NCBI GenBank assembly: GCA_041492755.1
Contig: JBGPXN010000015.1
Coordinates: 1-45,993, forward strand
Length of the DNA stretch: 45,993 nucleotides
Direction of reading: 5' to 3'
Source: Candidatus Methylomirabilia bacterium
Lineage (GTDB): Bacteria > Methylomirabilota > Methylomirabilia > Rokubacteriales > CSP1-6
The notes below the pieces were generated by a model. It was not told where the DNA came from. It saw only the letters and a list, made by a program, of their open reading frames with translations, and made no database searches. Position numbers and translations under genes: made by a program. This document shows, one piece after another, positions 10,390 to 18,067 of this stretch (positions within the stretch are counted from its first letter, which is position 1; the number at the start of each line of letters is the position of its first letter).

Positions 10390-12561
10390 CTAACGGCGGA
10401 CCAGGAACTCCACGTCGCCCCGCCGGGCAATGAGCTCGACCGAGGCGCCGTCCCGGCCGCGGGTGATCGCGATGTCGAGCGCGGCCGCACCGACACGGAG
10501 GTCGTAGATCTCGACGAAGCGCAGCCAGGGCGGCAGGACCGGACTGGCGACGGTGAGCCGTGCCCCGACGGCGTCGGCTTCGAGCCCGACGAGCGCGGTC
10601 AACAGGGCGAGCACGCTCCCGGCCGCCCACGCCTGTGGCGCGCACGCGACCGGGTACGAGATCGGTCCCTGGCTGCCCTGCCGGAGGAAGCCGCAGAACA
10701 GCTCCGGCATGCGGGCGTGCTCGAACCACCGCGATGCGTCCACGAGCGCCGAGGCCACCGTGATGACGTGCTCGGGCAGGCGATAGCGCCGGAAGCCGAG
10801 CGCCGCGAGCGCGTTGTCGTGCGGCCAGATCGAGCCGTTGTGGTAGCTCATCGGGTTGTAGCGCCGCTCGCGCGCCGCCAGCGTGCGAATGCCCCAGCCC
10901 GAGAACATGTCGTCGGCGAGCATGCGCTTGGCCACCGCCGCCGCGCGCCGGTCGTCCACGATCCCCGACCACAGCGCGTGTCCGGGATTGGACGAGATCA
11001 CCTGGCAGGGACGCTTGTCGGCGTCGAGCGCGAGCGCGTAATAGTCCTCGTGCTCCAGCCAGAAATCGCGGTTGAACGCCTCGCGGAGGCGCGCGGCCCG
11101 CACGGTGAGCGGGTGCGCGTCCGCCCCGAGCGCGCCCGCCAGCTCGGCGGCGGCCAGGAGCGCAGCGTACGCGTAGCCCTGCACCTCGACGAGCGCGATC
11201 GGTGCGGGCGCCAGGCGGCCGTCGGCGTGCATGACCGCGTCGAACGAGTCCTTCCAGCCCTGGTTGGTGAGGCCGAGTCGCGAGCCCGTCGCGTACTCCA
11301 GATAGCCGTCGCCGTCCCGGTCGCCGTACTCCTGCATCCACGCCAGCGCGGCGCGAACGGCCGGCCACAGCGTCTCCGCCAGCCCGAGATCGCCGGTCCA
11401 TCGCACGTACTCGGCGAGGAGCCCGATGAAGAGCGGGGTGGCGTCGATGGTGCCGTAGTACGGGACGAACGGGATCTCGCGGCAGTTTGCCATCTCGCCG
11501 CGGCGGTACTCGTGCAGGATCTTGCCGGGTTCTTCGTCGCGGAACTCGTCGATGCGGCGTCCCTGCCGGGCGGCCAGAAAGCGCAGCGTGCCGGCCGCCA
11601 CCTGCGCGTCGTACGGCAGCATCTGCCAGGCGGTGATGAGACTGTCGCGACCGAACGGCGCCACGTACCACGGCACGCCGGCATAGGGCACCGGCCCCTC
11701 CGGCGTGTGCGTGATGAGCATCCGCAGATCGAGGCGCGAGCGCGCCACCAGCTCGTTGAAGGCGTCGTTGTCGGTGACGATGCGTGCGCCCTCGGCGTCC
11801 GCGCGCGCGCTCGCCGCCCGCGCTTTCCGTAGGACGGCCCGCGCCGTCGGAGGCGTGGCCTCCGGCTCGCGGTGGCTCGCGGAGATCGTCAGCTCGATTC
11901 GCTGGGAGAGGCCGGGATCGAGATGCAGCCGATAGACCGCGCGGTGCGCGGCCACGACGTCGGGAGCGGGACCGAACGCGATCGTCGTGCTGCGGACGAC
12001 ACCGTCGAGGCCGCGATAGCGCATCCGCACGCGGCCGTCGTCCCGCTCCTCGCCGAGGAGCTGGCCTCGCTCGGCGCGCGGCGTGCCGCGGACTTCGAAC
12101 ACGTCGCGGAAGTCGGCGCTGAAGATGAGCTCGAGCGTGAGGTCGCAGGGCGTGTCGTGGAAGCTCTCGATGGTGAGCGCCTGGAGTAAATGCGCCGTGT
12201 CGAGCGAGAGCAGGCGCTCGAGGTACACGGTGTTGCGGGGGATGTAGTGCGGCTCGTGGATGTCGGCGTTGGCGAGACCGATGCGGATCTGGTCGTTCTC
12301 GGGCGCGACGTCGGACGTGAGCAGCAGCGGCCGCGCGCCGTTGAGCCGGATCTCCAGCCAGCGCAGGTGGCGGGTGCCCTCGAAATAGAATCCGAGCTCG
12401 CCCTCGAAGTGGGCCGGGAAGTCGCCGCGCCGATCGCACACCAGGAACGCTTCCTCGTGCTTCAGGACAAGCTTCTGGATGGCCGCGGCGTCGGGCGACG
12501 CCTGGATGTGGAACTCGGGCGCCCCCGGGATATGGTCTTCCAACGTCAATCTCTCCGGCAC
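10390..12561 (-). CDS. Amylo-alpha-1,6-glucosidase / glycogen debranching enzyme family
   Basis: YAGVPWY..FGRDSLI, EEPGKILHE, YYGTIDATPLF, NQGWKDS, YNPMSYHNGSIWPHDN, PELFCG, CAPQAWAAG; start may be TTG 12543. Confidence 0.93.
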   Translation of the reverse strand: MPERLTLEDHIPGAPEFHIQASPDAAAIQKLVLKHEEAFLVCDRRGDFPAHFEGELGFYFEGTRHLRWLEIRLNGARPLLLTSDVAPENDQIRIGLANADIHEPHYIPRNTVYLERLLSLDTAHLLQALTIESFHDTPCDLTLELIFSADFRDVFEVRGTPRAERGQLLGEERDDGRVRMRYRGLDGVVRSTTIAFGPAPDVVAAHRAVYRLHLDPGLSQRIELTISASHREPEATPPTARAVLRKARAASARADAEGARIVTDNDAFNELVARSRLDLRMLITHTPEGPVPYAGVPWYVAPFGRDSLITAWQMLPYDAQVAAGTLRFLAARQGRRIDEFRDEEPGKILHEYRRGEMANCREIPFVPYYGTIDATPLFIGLLAEYVRWTGDLGLAETLWPAVRAALAWMQEYGDRDGDGYLEYATGSRLGLTNQGWKDSFDAVMHADGRLAPAPIALVEVQGYAYAALLAAAELAGALGADAHPLTVRAARLREAFNRDFWLEHEDYYALALDADKRPCQVISSNPGHALWSGIVDDRRAAAVAKRMLADDMFSGWGIRTLAARERRYNPMSYHNGSIWPHDNALAALGFRRYRLPEHVITVASALVDASRWFEHARMPELFCGFLRQGSQGPISYPVACAPQAWAAGSVLALLTALVGLEADAVGARLTVASPVLPPWLRFVEIYDLRVGAAALDIAITRGRDGASVELIARRGDVEFLVRR

Positions 12562-12583
12562 CGGGCGTGCACGCCTAGTGCCA
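12556..12583. promoter_or_regulatory. Overlapping divergent pair of sigma-54 promoters sharing a GTGCAC -12 palindrome
   Basis: + strand CGGCAC-CGGGC-GTGCA (12556-12571); - strand TGGCAC-TAGGC-GTGCA (12583-12568). Confidence 0.65.
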
Positions 12584-12587
12584 CGCC

Positions 12588-13622
12588 GTGCGGATCGCTC
12601 AGGTCGCTCCCCTCTACGAACGGGTACCGCCGAGGCTGTACGGTGGTACCGAGCGCGTCGTGTCGTGGCTCACCGAAGAGCTCGTGCGTCGCGGTCACGA
12701 CGTGACGCTCTTCGCCAGCGGCGACTCACTCACCCGGGCGCGGCTGGTGTCGCCCTACCCGCGCGCGCTGCGCCTGGACCCGTCGCGGCCCGACGAGGTC
12801 GCGCTGCACATGATCGAGCTCGCGCAAGTGTTCGAACGCGCCGGGGACTTCGAGGTCGTGCACTGTCACGTCGACTATCTCGCGTTTCCGTTCCAGAAGC
12901 TCGTCGGGACGCCGCTCGTGCACACGATGCACGGCCGGCTGGACCTCCGGCACATTCTGCACGTGTTCTCGCACTTTCGCGACGTACCGCTCGTCTCGAT
13001 CAGCCAGCAGCAGCGCGAGCCCCTTGCGCGACTGGGACTCAACTGGGTTGCCACCGTGTATCACGGCTTGCCGGTCGACGATATCCCGTTCGACCCGGGC
13101 GGCGGCAGCGGCGGGTATCTCGCCTTTCTCGGGCGCATCTCTCCCGAGAAACGTCCCGATCTCGCGATCCAAGTGGCGAAGCGGCTGGGCGTGCCGCTCA
13201 AGATCGCGGCGAAGGTCGCCGAGCCCGATCGTCGGTATTTCGAGCGCGAGATCCGCGCGTTGATCGACCATCCGCTCGTCGAGTTCGTCGGCGAGCTCGG
13301 TGACGAGGACAAGTGGCGCTTCCTGGGCGACGCGCTCTGCCTGCTCTTCCCGATCGACTGGCCGGAGCCGTTCGGCCTGGCCATGATCGAGGCGATGGCC
13401 TGCGGCACCCCCGTGATCGCGCGTCCATGTGGCTCCGTCCCCGAAATCATCCGTGACGGCGACGTCGGCTTCCTCGGCGAAACCGTCGAAGACCTCATCG
13501 CCGCCGTCAAGCGCGTCGACGTGATCGACCGCGCCCGCTGCCGGAGGTACGTCGAAGACCGCTTTTCGGTGCGCGCGATGACCGACAGCTACGAATCCGT
13601 CTACGGCCGCCTCGCGGCCTAG
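12588..13622 (+). CDS. Glycosyltransferase family 4
   Basis: RIAQVAPLYERVPPRLYGGTERV, FLGRISPEK, EPFGLAMIEAMACGTPV. Confidence 0.95.
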   Translation: MRIAQVAPLYERVPPRLYGGTERVVSWLTEELVRRGHDVTLFASGDSLTRARLVSPYPRALRLDPSRPDEVALHMIELAQVFERAGDFEVVHCHVDYLAFPFQKLVGTPLVHTMHGRLDLRHILHVFSHFRDVPLVSISQQQREPLARLGLNWVATVYHGLPVDDIPFDPGGGSGGYLAFLGRISPEKRPDLAIQVAKRLGVPLKIAAKVAEPDRRYFEREIRALIDHPLVEFVGELGDEDKWRFLGDALCLLFPIDWPEPFGLAMIEAMACGTPVIARPCGSVPEIIRDGDVGFLGETVEDLIAAVKRVDVIDRARCRRYVEDRFSVRAMTDSYESVYGRLAA

Positions 13623-13682
13623 GGCCGACACCCGCATTCGACGCTGACGAATCGCTCCGTGGTTCCCGGGCCCCGCCCGCGA

Positions 13683-13709
13683 AAGGCCGGAGACGGAATC
13701 TCCGGCCTT
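13683..13709. terminator. Hairpin between convergent genes (probable bidirectional terminator)
   Basis: aaggccggaga-cggaa-tctccggcctt, 11-bp perfect stem. Confidence 0.65.
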
Positions 13710-13729
13710 CGCGTCGACCGGGAACGAGG

Positions 13730-14293
13730 TTACTTCTTGGGTGCGTCGGTCTTGGCCGCGGGGTCCTTGGCCGCGTCCTTGCTGGCGTCAGCCGGCGCCG
13801 TGACGGCGTCCGGCGTGGTGGAGGTCGACGGGGAGGCGGCCGGGCTGCTCGAATCGCCGGCGCTGGTCTTCGAGGACACGCCGAGCTTCGACATCGTCTC
13901 GGCGTCGAGGCGTCCGGTCTCCTTCAGACCTTCCTTCTTCTGGTAGTCGCGCAGCGCGGCCTGGGTCTTCGGACCCATCACGCCGTCGACCGACCCAGGA
14001 TCCATGCCCTGGTCCCTCAAGGCCTGCTGGGCGGCGCGCACGTTCTCACGATGGCCGCCCTTGGCCATCGTGCCGGACCTGGGGGCGCCGCTCTTCTTGG
14101 CGTCGCCATTCTTCACGTCGCTCGATTTCATGTCGGTCGACGTCGTCGTCTCGGTCGTCGACTTCGTGGTCTGAGACGTCGACTTCGTGGGCGCGGTGTT
14201 GCCGCCGGCGTCGCTGCCCTGCGCGAACGCCATGGCCGCGGTGAGCACGCCGGCCAGGGCCAGGGCCATCACGCTCGTCCACTTCTTCATCAT
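13730..14293 (-). CDS. Secreted peptidoglycan-binding domain (PG_binding_1) protein
   Basis: Signal peptide ending AFA; VRAAQQALRDQGMDPGSVDGVMGPKTQAALRDYQK.EGL..TGRLD; low-complexity T/S/K flanks; AGGAGG RBS. Confidence 0.9.
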   Translation of the reverse strand: MMKKWTSVMALALAGVLTAAMAFAQGSDAGGNTAPTKSTSQTTKSTTETTTSTDMKSSDVKNGDAKKSGAPRSGTMAKGGHRENVRAAQQALRDQGMDPGSVDGVMGPKTQAALRDYQKKEGLKETGRLDAETMSKLGVSSKTSAGDSSSPAASPSTSTTPDAVTAPADASKDAAKDPAAKTDAPKK

Positions 14294-14361
14294 CACGTCA
14301 CGTCCTCCTGCTGAATTGATCGGTTTCGACGATCGATTGGTTGCCGTGATCTTTCCAGTCG

Positions 14362-14377
14362 AGCAACGCACGTGCCA
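14362..14377 (-). promoter_or_regulatory. Sigma-54 promoter (perfect consensus)
   Basis: TGGCAC-GTGCG-TTGCT. Confidence 0.8.
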
Positions 14378-14383
14378 CGCAGG

Positions 14384-15460
14384 TCAGCCGGCCTCACGCC
14401 GGTCGAGCGGCGGCGCGCCGGGCGCGGCCGCGGGCGAATTCTCCACGCGGCCGAGCCTGGGCAGGGTCACGGGCCGGCCGTCCCGTGACGAACGATAGAT
14501 CGCCTCCACGATGCGCACATCCTGCAATCCTTCGACGCCCGACGGCTCGGGCGGGCGGTCGCTGACGATGCAGTCGGAGAAATAGACGATGGTGGCGGCG
14601 AAGGCGTCCGTCGGCTCGAACGAGACGGATTCGCCCTGGCCTTGCCGCACGGTCTCGACCCTGATCGGCGCGTGTTCCGCGTACGCGTTGTGGACGCGGA
14701 TCAGGCCTTCCTCCCCGAACACGGTGAACGTCGACACCGGCTCTTCGCCGAAGCTCGTGTGGAAGTGGGCCAGCCGCTCATCCGGGAAGCGGATCAGCGC
14801 GACCGCGCCCTCATCGACGTCGCCGCCGAAGCGGCGGCTCGTGCGGGCGGTCATCGCCATCACCTGCGCCGGCTCGGACCCGAGCAGCGTGCGGGCGGCG
14901 TTGATGGCCTCCACGCCCAGGTGGTACACGGTGCCGCCGCCCATGCGGCGCTGCAGCCGGGGGCTCCCGGGATCGTCGACCCGCGTGGTGAAATCGGAGC
15001 TGAAGGTTTTCGCGAGGCCGATGTCCCCGCCGCGCACCGTCTCGATGACCTTCTGGATCGCGGGCCGGAAGTGCAGGCGGTAGGCGACCATGAGCTTGAC
15101 GCGGTTGGTCTGGCAGGTTCGGATCATCCGCCGCGATTCGTCCGCGATCACCGCCATCGGTGTCTCGCAGAGGATGTGCATCCCGGCCCGCGCCGCCTCG
15201 ACGGCGTAGTCACAGTGCAGCGAGTTTGGCAGCGCTATGTAGACCGCGTTCATATCGTCCCGCTGCAGGCACTGCCGGAGCTCGTCGTAGTGATACGCGG
15301 TCGCCCGATGCTCGCGCGCGATGGCTTGAGCCTTGTCGCGATCACCGGAAACCACCGCCACGAGGCGCGAATTCTCCGTCGCCCGCGCGAAGGCGGGCAG
15401 GATGGATTCGCGGGCCACGTGCCCCAAGCCGATGACGGCGTACCCGATTTGCTTCGCCAT
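14384..15460 (-). CDS. Gfo/Idh/MocA oxidoreductase (glucose-fructose oxidoreductase-like)
   Basis: IGYAVIGLG, VYIALPNSLH, HILCETP (canonical CEKP), LMVAYRLHF. Confidence 0.88.
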   Translation of the reverse strand: MAKQIGYAVIGLGHVARESILPAFARATENSRLVAVVSGDRDKAQAIAREHRATAYHYDELRQCLQRDDMNAVYIALPNSLHCDYAVEAARAGMHILCETPMAVIADESRRMIRTCQTNRVKLMVAYRLHFRPAIQKVIETVRGGDIGLAKTFSSDFTTRVDDPGSPRLQRRMGGGTVYHLGVEAINAARTLLGSEPAQVMAMTARTSRRFGGDVDEGAVALIRFPDERLAHFHTSFGEEPVSTFTVFGEEGLIRVHNAYAEHAPIRVETVRQGQGESVSFEPTDAFAATIVYFSDCIVSDRPPEPSGVEGLQDVRIVEAIYRSSRDGRPVTLPRLGRVENSPAAAPGAPPLDRREAG

Positions 15461-15496
15461 TTCTGCTGGTTCCTTCGAAATTTTTCAATGAATTGG

Positions 15497-15512
15497 TGCA
15501 AGCGCGGGGCCA
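15497..15512 (-). promoter_or_regulatory. Sigma-54 promoter candidate
   Basis: TGGCCC-CGCGC-TTGCA, 37 bp upstream of the GFO start. Confidence 0.65.
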
Positions 15513-15678
15513 TGCAGCTCTTGGGCGGGGGAATCCGGCCGTCACGCCGTCGCCGCCGACGCGTGAATGCGGGGCGTGGGTGTTCGCCGGCGAGCCCCTT
15601 TCGGTTGGGGTACCGATCCGTTCACACCACGAGATCTGTGGTCTTGTCCTTCACTCAACATGTGATAAGCCATAGTCC

Positions 15679-16263
15679 ATGGAGATCCTCGCGAAGGCGG
15701 CGGCGCCATCACCGCTCCTCGAGGAAGGCGAGATCACAGAGATCGTTGGTCGACTGTCTTCGGGGCGCACGAGTCTGCTCATCCGATGCCTACGCGACAT
15801 CACGGCGCGCGGTGGCATCGGTGCCCTCATCGACACGCACGACGTGTTCGACGCCGCATCGGCGGCGCGCGGGGGGGTCGACCTCCACCGCCTGCTGTGG
15901 GTGCGATGCGGAGGCCGCCGCGCGGTGGCCATGCGCGCGGCGGATCTGCTCGTACGCTGTCCCGGCTTCGCGCTCATCGCCGTCGACTTCGGTGAGATCG
16001 CGCCTCATCTGACGTTGACCGGCGCGTACCGCTGGAAGCTCGCGGCGCGGCGCCACGGCGTAGCCCTGGTCGTCCTCGGTGCGCGGCGCCTTGCCGGTCC
16101 CGGCGCTGCGCTTGCCGTCGAGACGGTTCGCCGCGAGCTCGAGTGGACCGGGCCGCCGGCGATGCCGCGCCGGCTCGCGCGCATGGCGGTCGGCATGCGC
16201 GTCCTGCGGTGTCGCGGCGCCGCGCTCCCCGCGGGTGAGCAGGTGCAATGGCTGAGCGCGTGA
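15679..16263 (+). CDS. imuA: ImuA-like RecA/RadA-fold protein
   Basis: GEITEIVGRLSSGRTSL Walker-A-like motif, ALIDTHDVFD, GVDLHRLLWVRC; first gene of the imuA-imuB-dnaE2 cassette. Confidence 0.82.
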   Translation: MEILAKAAAPSPLLEEGEITEIVGRLSSGRTSLLIRCLRDITARGGIGALIDTHDVFDAASAARGGVDLHRLLWVRCGGRRAVAMRAADLLVRCPGFALIAVDFGEIAPHLTLTGAYRWKLAARRHGVALVVLGARRLAGPGAALAVETVRRELEWTGPPAMPRRLARMAVGMRVLRCRGAALPAGEQVQWLSA

Positions 16264-17885
16264 GCCGGTTCGCGTGCCTCTGGGTCCCGTGCTTCGTCGC
16301 GGCCGCGCACGTTCGCGGCGAGCCGGCGCTCGCCGAGCGACCGCTCATCGTCGTCACGCCATCCCGTGCCGATACGCAGAGTGCGCCTTCGGCTCCGCGT
16401 GTGTCGCCCACGCTGCGAGCCTCAGGGCCGGTGCGGGAAATCGCGGAGCGCCCCGGCGGAGCCGGGGCGCTCCGCGCGTGGGGGAGATCGGGGGCCATCT
16501 CGGGGCCCCCGATCTCGGCAGTCGCGCGCGTGCTCGACGCGAATGCCGCCGCCCGCGAGCGCGGCGTGCGGCCGGGGATGACCGAAGCGGAAGCGCGCGC
16601 GCGCGCGCCGGAGCTCGTACGCCGGGTGCTCGTGGACGGGCACGTGACCGCGGCCCTGCACGCGCTGCTGGAGGCGGCGCTGGCCGTGTCGCCCCGCGTT
16701 GAGGACGGTGGTCTCGGTGTCGTCCATGTCGACATCGGCGGCCTGGCGCGGCTCGTGGGCGATGACGCCGCCATTGCCGAGCGCCTGGCGCGTCACGCCC
16801 GGACGGTGGGATTGCCGGCTCACGTCGGCGTGGCCGGCAGCCGGACGGCGGCGCGGGTGGCCGCACAGCTCGGGCGCCGCGTGACGATCGTGCCGGCGGG
16901 ACAAGAGCGCGCGACGCTGGCGGTGGCGCCGCTCGGTCTGCTCGCGTTGCCGGAGCCGCTGGCCGCGACCCTTGCCGGCTGGGGTATCGCCACCCTGGGG
17001 AAGCTCGCCGCGCTGCCGCGCGAGGGGCTCGGCCTTCGGCTCGGCGCGGCCGGGCTGCGCGCGCACGACGTCGCGTGCGGGCGGGACCACGAGCCCTTCC
17101 AGGCATGGCAGCCGCCCGCCTCCTGGACGGAAACCCAGCACGTCGAATGGGAGATCGACTCGCTGGACGCGCTCGCCATCGTGCTCGGCACGGTGCTCGA
17201 GCGGCTGGCCGCCCGGCTCGCGGCCGTCTATCTCTCCGCCGACGGTCTGGACGTCGAGCTCGCGCTCACCTCCGGAGCGCGCCACCAGCGCGCCGTGAGC
17301 CTGGCCTATCCGACCCGCGACCCGGCGCTGATGCTGCTCGTCACTCGGCTCGATCTGGAATCGCATCCGCCACCGGCCGCGGTGACGACGGTGGTGGTCA
17401 CCGTCCATCCGGCCACGGCGCCGGTGATTCCCGGTGTCCTCGGTGAGCCGCCAGCGCCGGCGTCGCGTGATCTCGCCACGGTGCTCGCGCGGCTCACGGC
17501 GCTGGTGGGAGCCAACGGCGTTGGGATGCCCGTGCTCGTGGATTCGCATCGGGCCGACGCGGTGGTGCTCGAGCCGTTCCGCCCACCCACGACGTCCGCG
17601 ATGCCGACGAGCGCCGTGATTGAGGCCGCCGAGGGCGGACTGGTGCTCCGGCGGCTACGGCCACCGCGCGTGGTCCACGTGGAGGTGCTCGACGGGCGGC
17701 CGGTGCGCGCGCTGGATCGACACGTCGTCACGTGCGCGGGGCCGTGGCGCACGTCGGGCGAATGGTGGGACACCGGCGCGTGGGCGCGCGACGAATGGGA
17801 CGTCTTGCTCAGCGACGGCTGGCTCTGCCGCCTCGCCCACGATCTGCTGACGAAGTCCTGGTCTCTCGACGGAGTCTATGACTGA
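16260..17885 (+). CDS. imuB: ImuB, inactive Y-family polymerase, with in-frame repeat insertion
   Basis: FACLWVP, ARERGVRPGMT, SPRVED, C-terminal AGPWRTSGEWW...RDEWDV...LDGVYD; GTG overlaps the imuA stop. Confidence 0.9.
   Translation: MSRFACLWVPCFVAAAHVRGEPALAERPLIVVTPSRADTQSAPSAPRVSPTLRASGPVREIAERPGGAGALRAWGRSGAISGPPISAVARVLDANAAARERGVRPGMTEAEARARAPELVRRVLVDGHVTAALHALLEAALAVSPRVEDGGLGVVHVDIGGLARLVGDDAAIAERLARHARTVGLPAHVGVAGSRTAARVAAQLGRRVTIVPAGQERATLAVAPLGLLALPEPLAATLAGWGIATLGKLAALPREGLGLRLGAAGLRAHDVACGRDHEPFQAWQPPASWTETQHVEWEIDSLDALAIVLGTVLERLAARLAAVYLSADGLDVELALTSGARHQRAVSLAYPTRDPALMLLVTRLDLESHPPPAAVTTVVVTVHPATAPVIPGVLGEPPAPASRDLATVLARLTALVGANGVGMPVLVDSHRADAVVLEPFRPPTTSAMPTSAVIEAAEGGLVLRRLRPPRVVHVEVLDGRPVRALDRHVVTCAGPWRTSGEWWDTGAWARDEWDVLLSDGWLCRLAHDLLTKSWSLDGVYD
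16437..16515 (+). repeat. Two-hairpin repeat, copy B (inside imuB coding sequence)
   Basis: Perfect 16-bp stem 16442-16457/16461-16476 and 12-bp stem 16485-16496/16504-16515. Confidence 0.85.
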
Positions 17886-17889
17886 TGAG

Positions 17890-18055
17890 TGGGGGGCCCC
17901 GAAATGGCCCCCCACGCCCCCCAACGCTCGGCAGCGCCCCGGCGAAGCCGTGGCGCTCCTCGATTTCGGTCCTTCGTGTCCGAGGGCCCCGAAATGGCCC
18001 CCAAACTCCCAGACGCTCGGCAGCGTCCCGGTAAAGCCGGGGCGCTCTTCGACTC
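17890..18055 (-). repeat. Two tandem copies (C, D) of the two-hairpin repeat between imuB and dnaE2
   Basis: gggccccgaaatggccccc at 17894 and 17984 (90-bp period), each followed by acgctcggcagcg.cccgg..aagccg.ggcgctc.tcga. Confidence 0.88.
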
Positions 18056-18067
18056 CGCGGTTCTTTC

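Noticed and set aside
17890..18055. Tandem 90-bp repeat as a CRISPR array
   Set aside because: Only two units, no unique spacers, no cas genes; belongs to the dispersed repeat family
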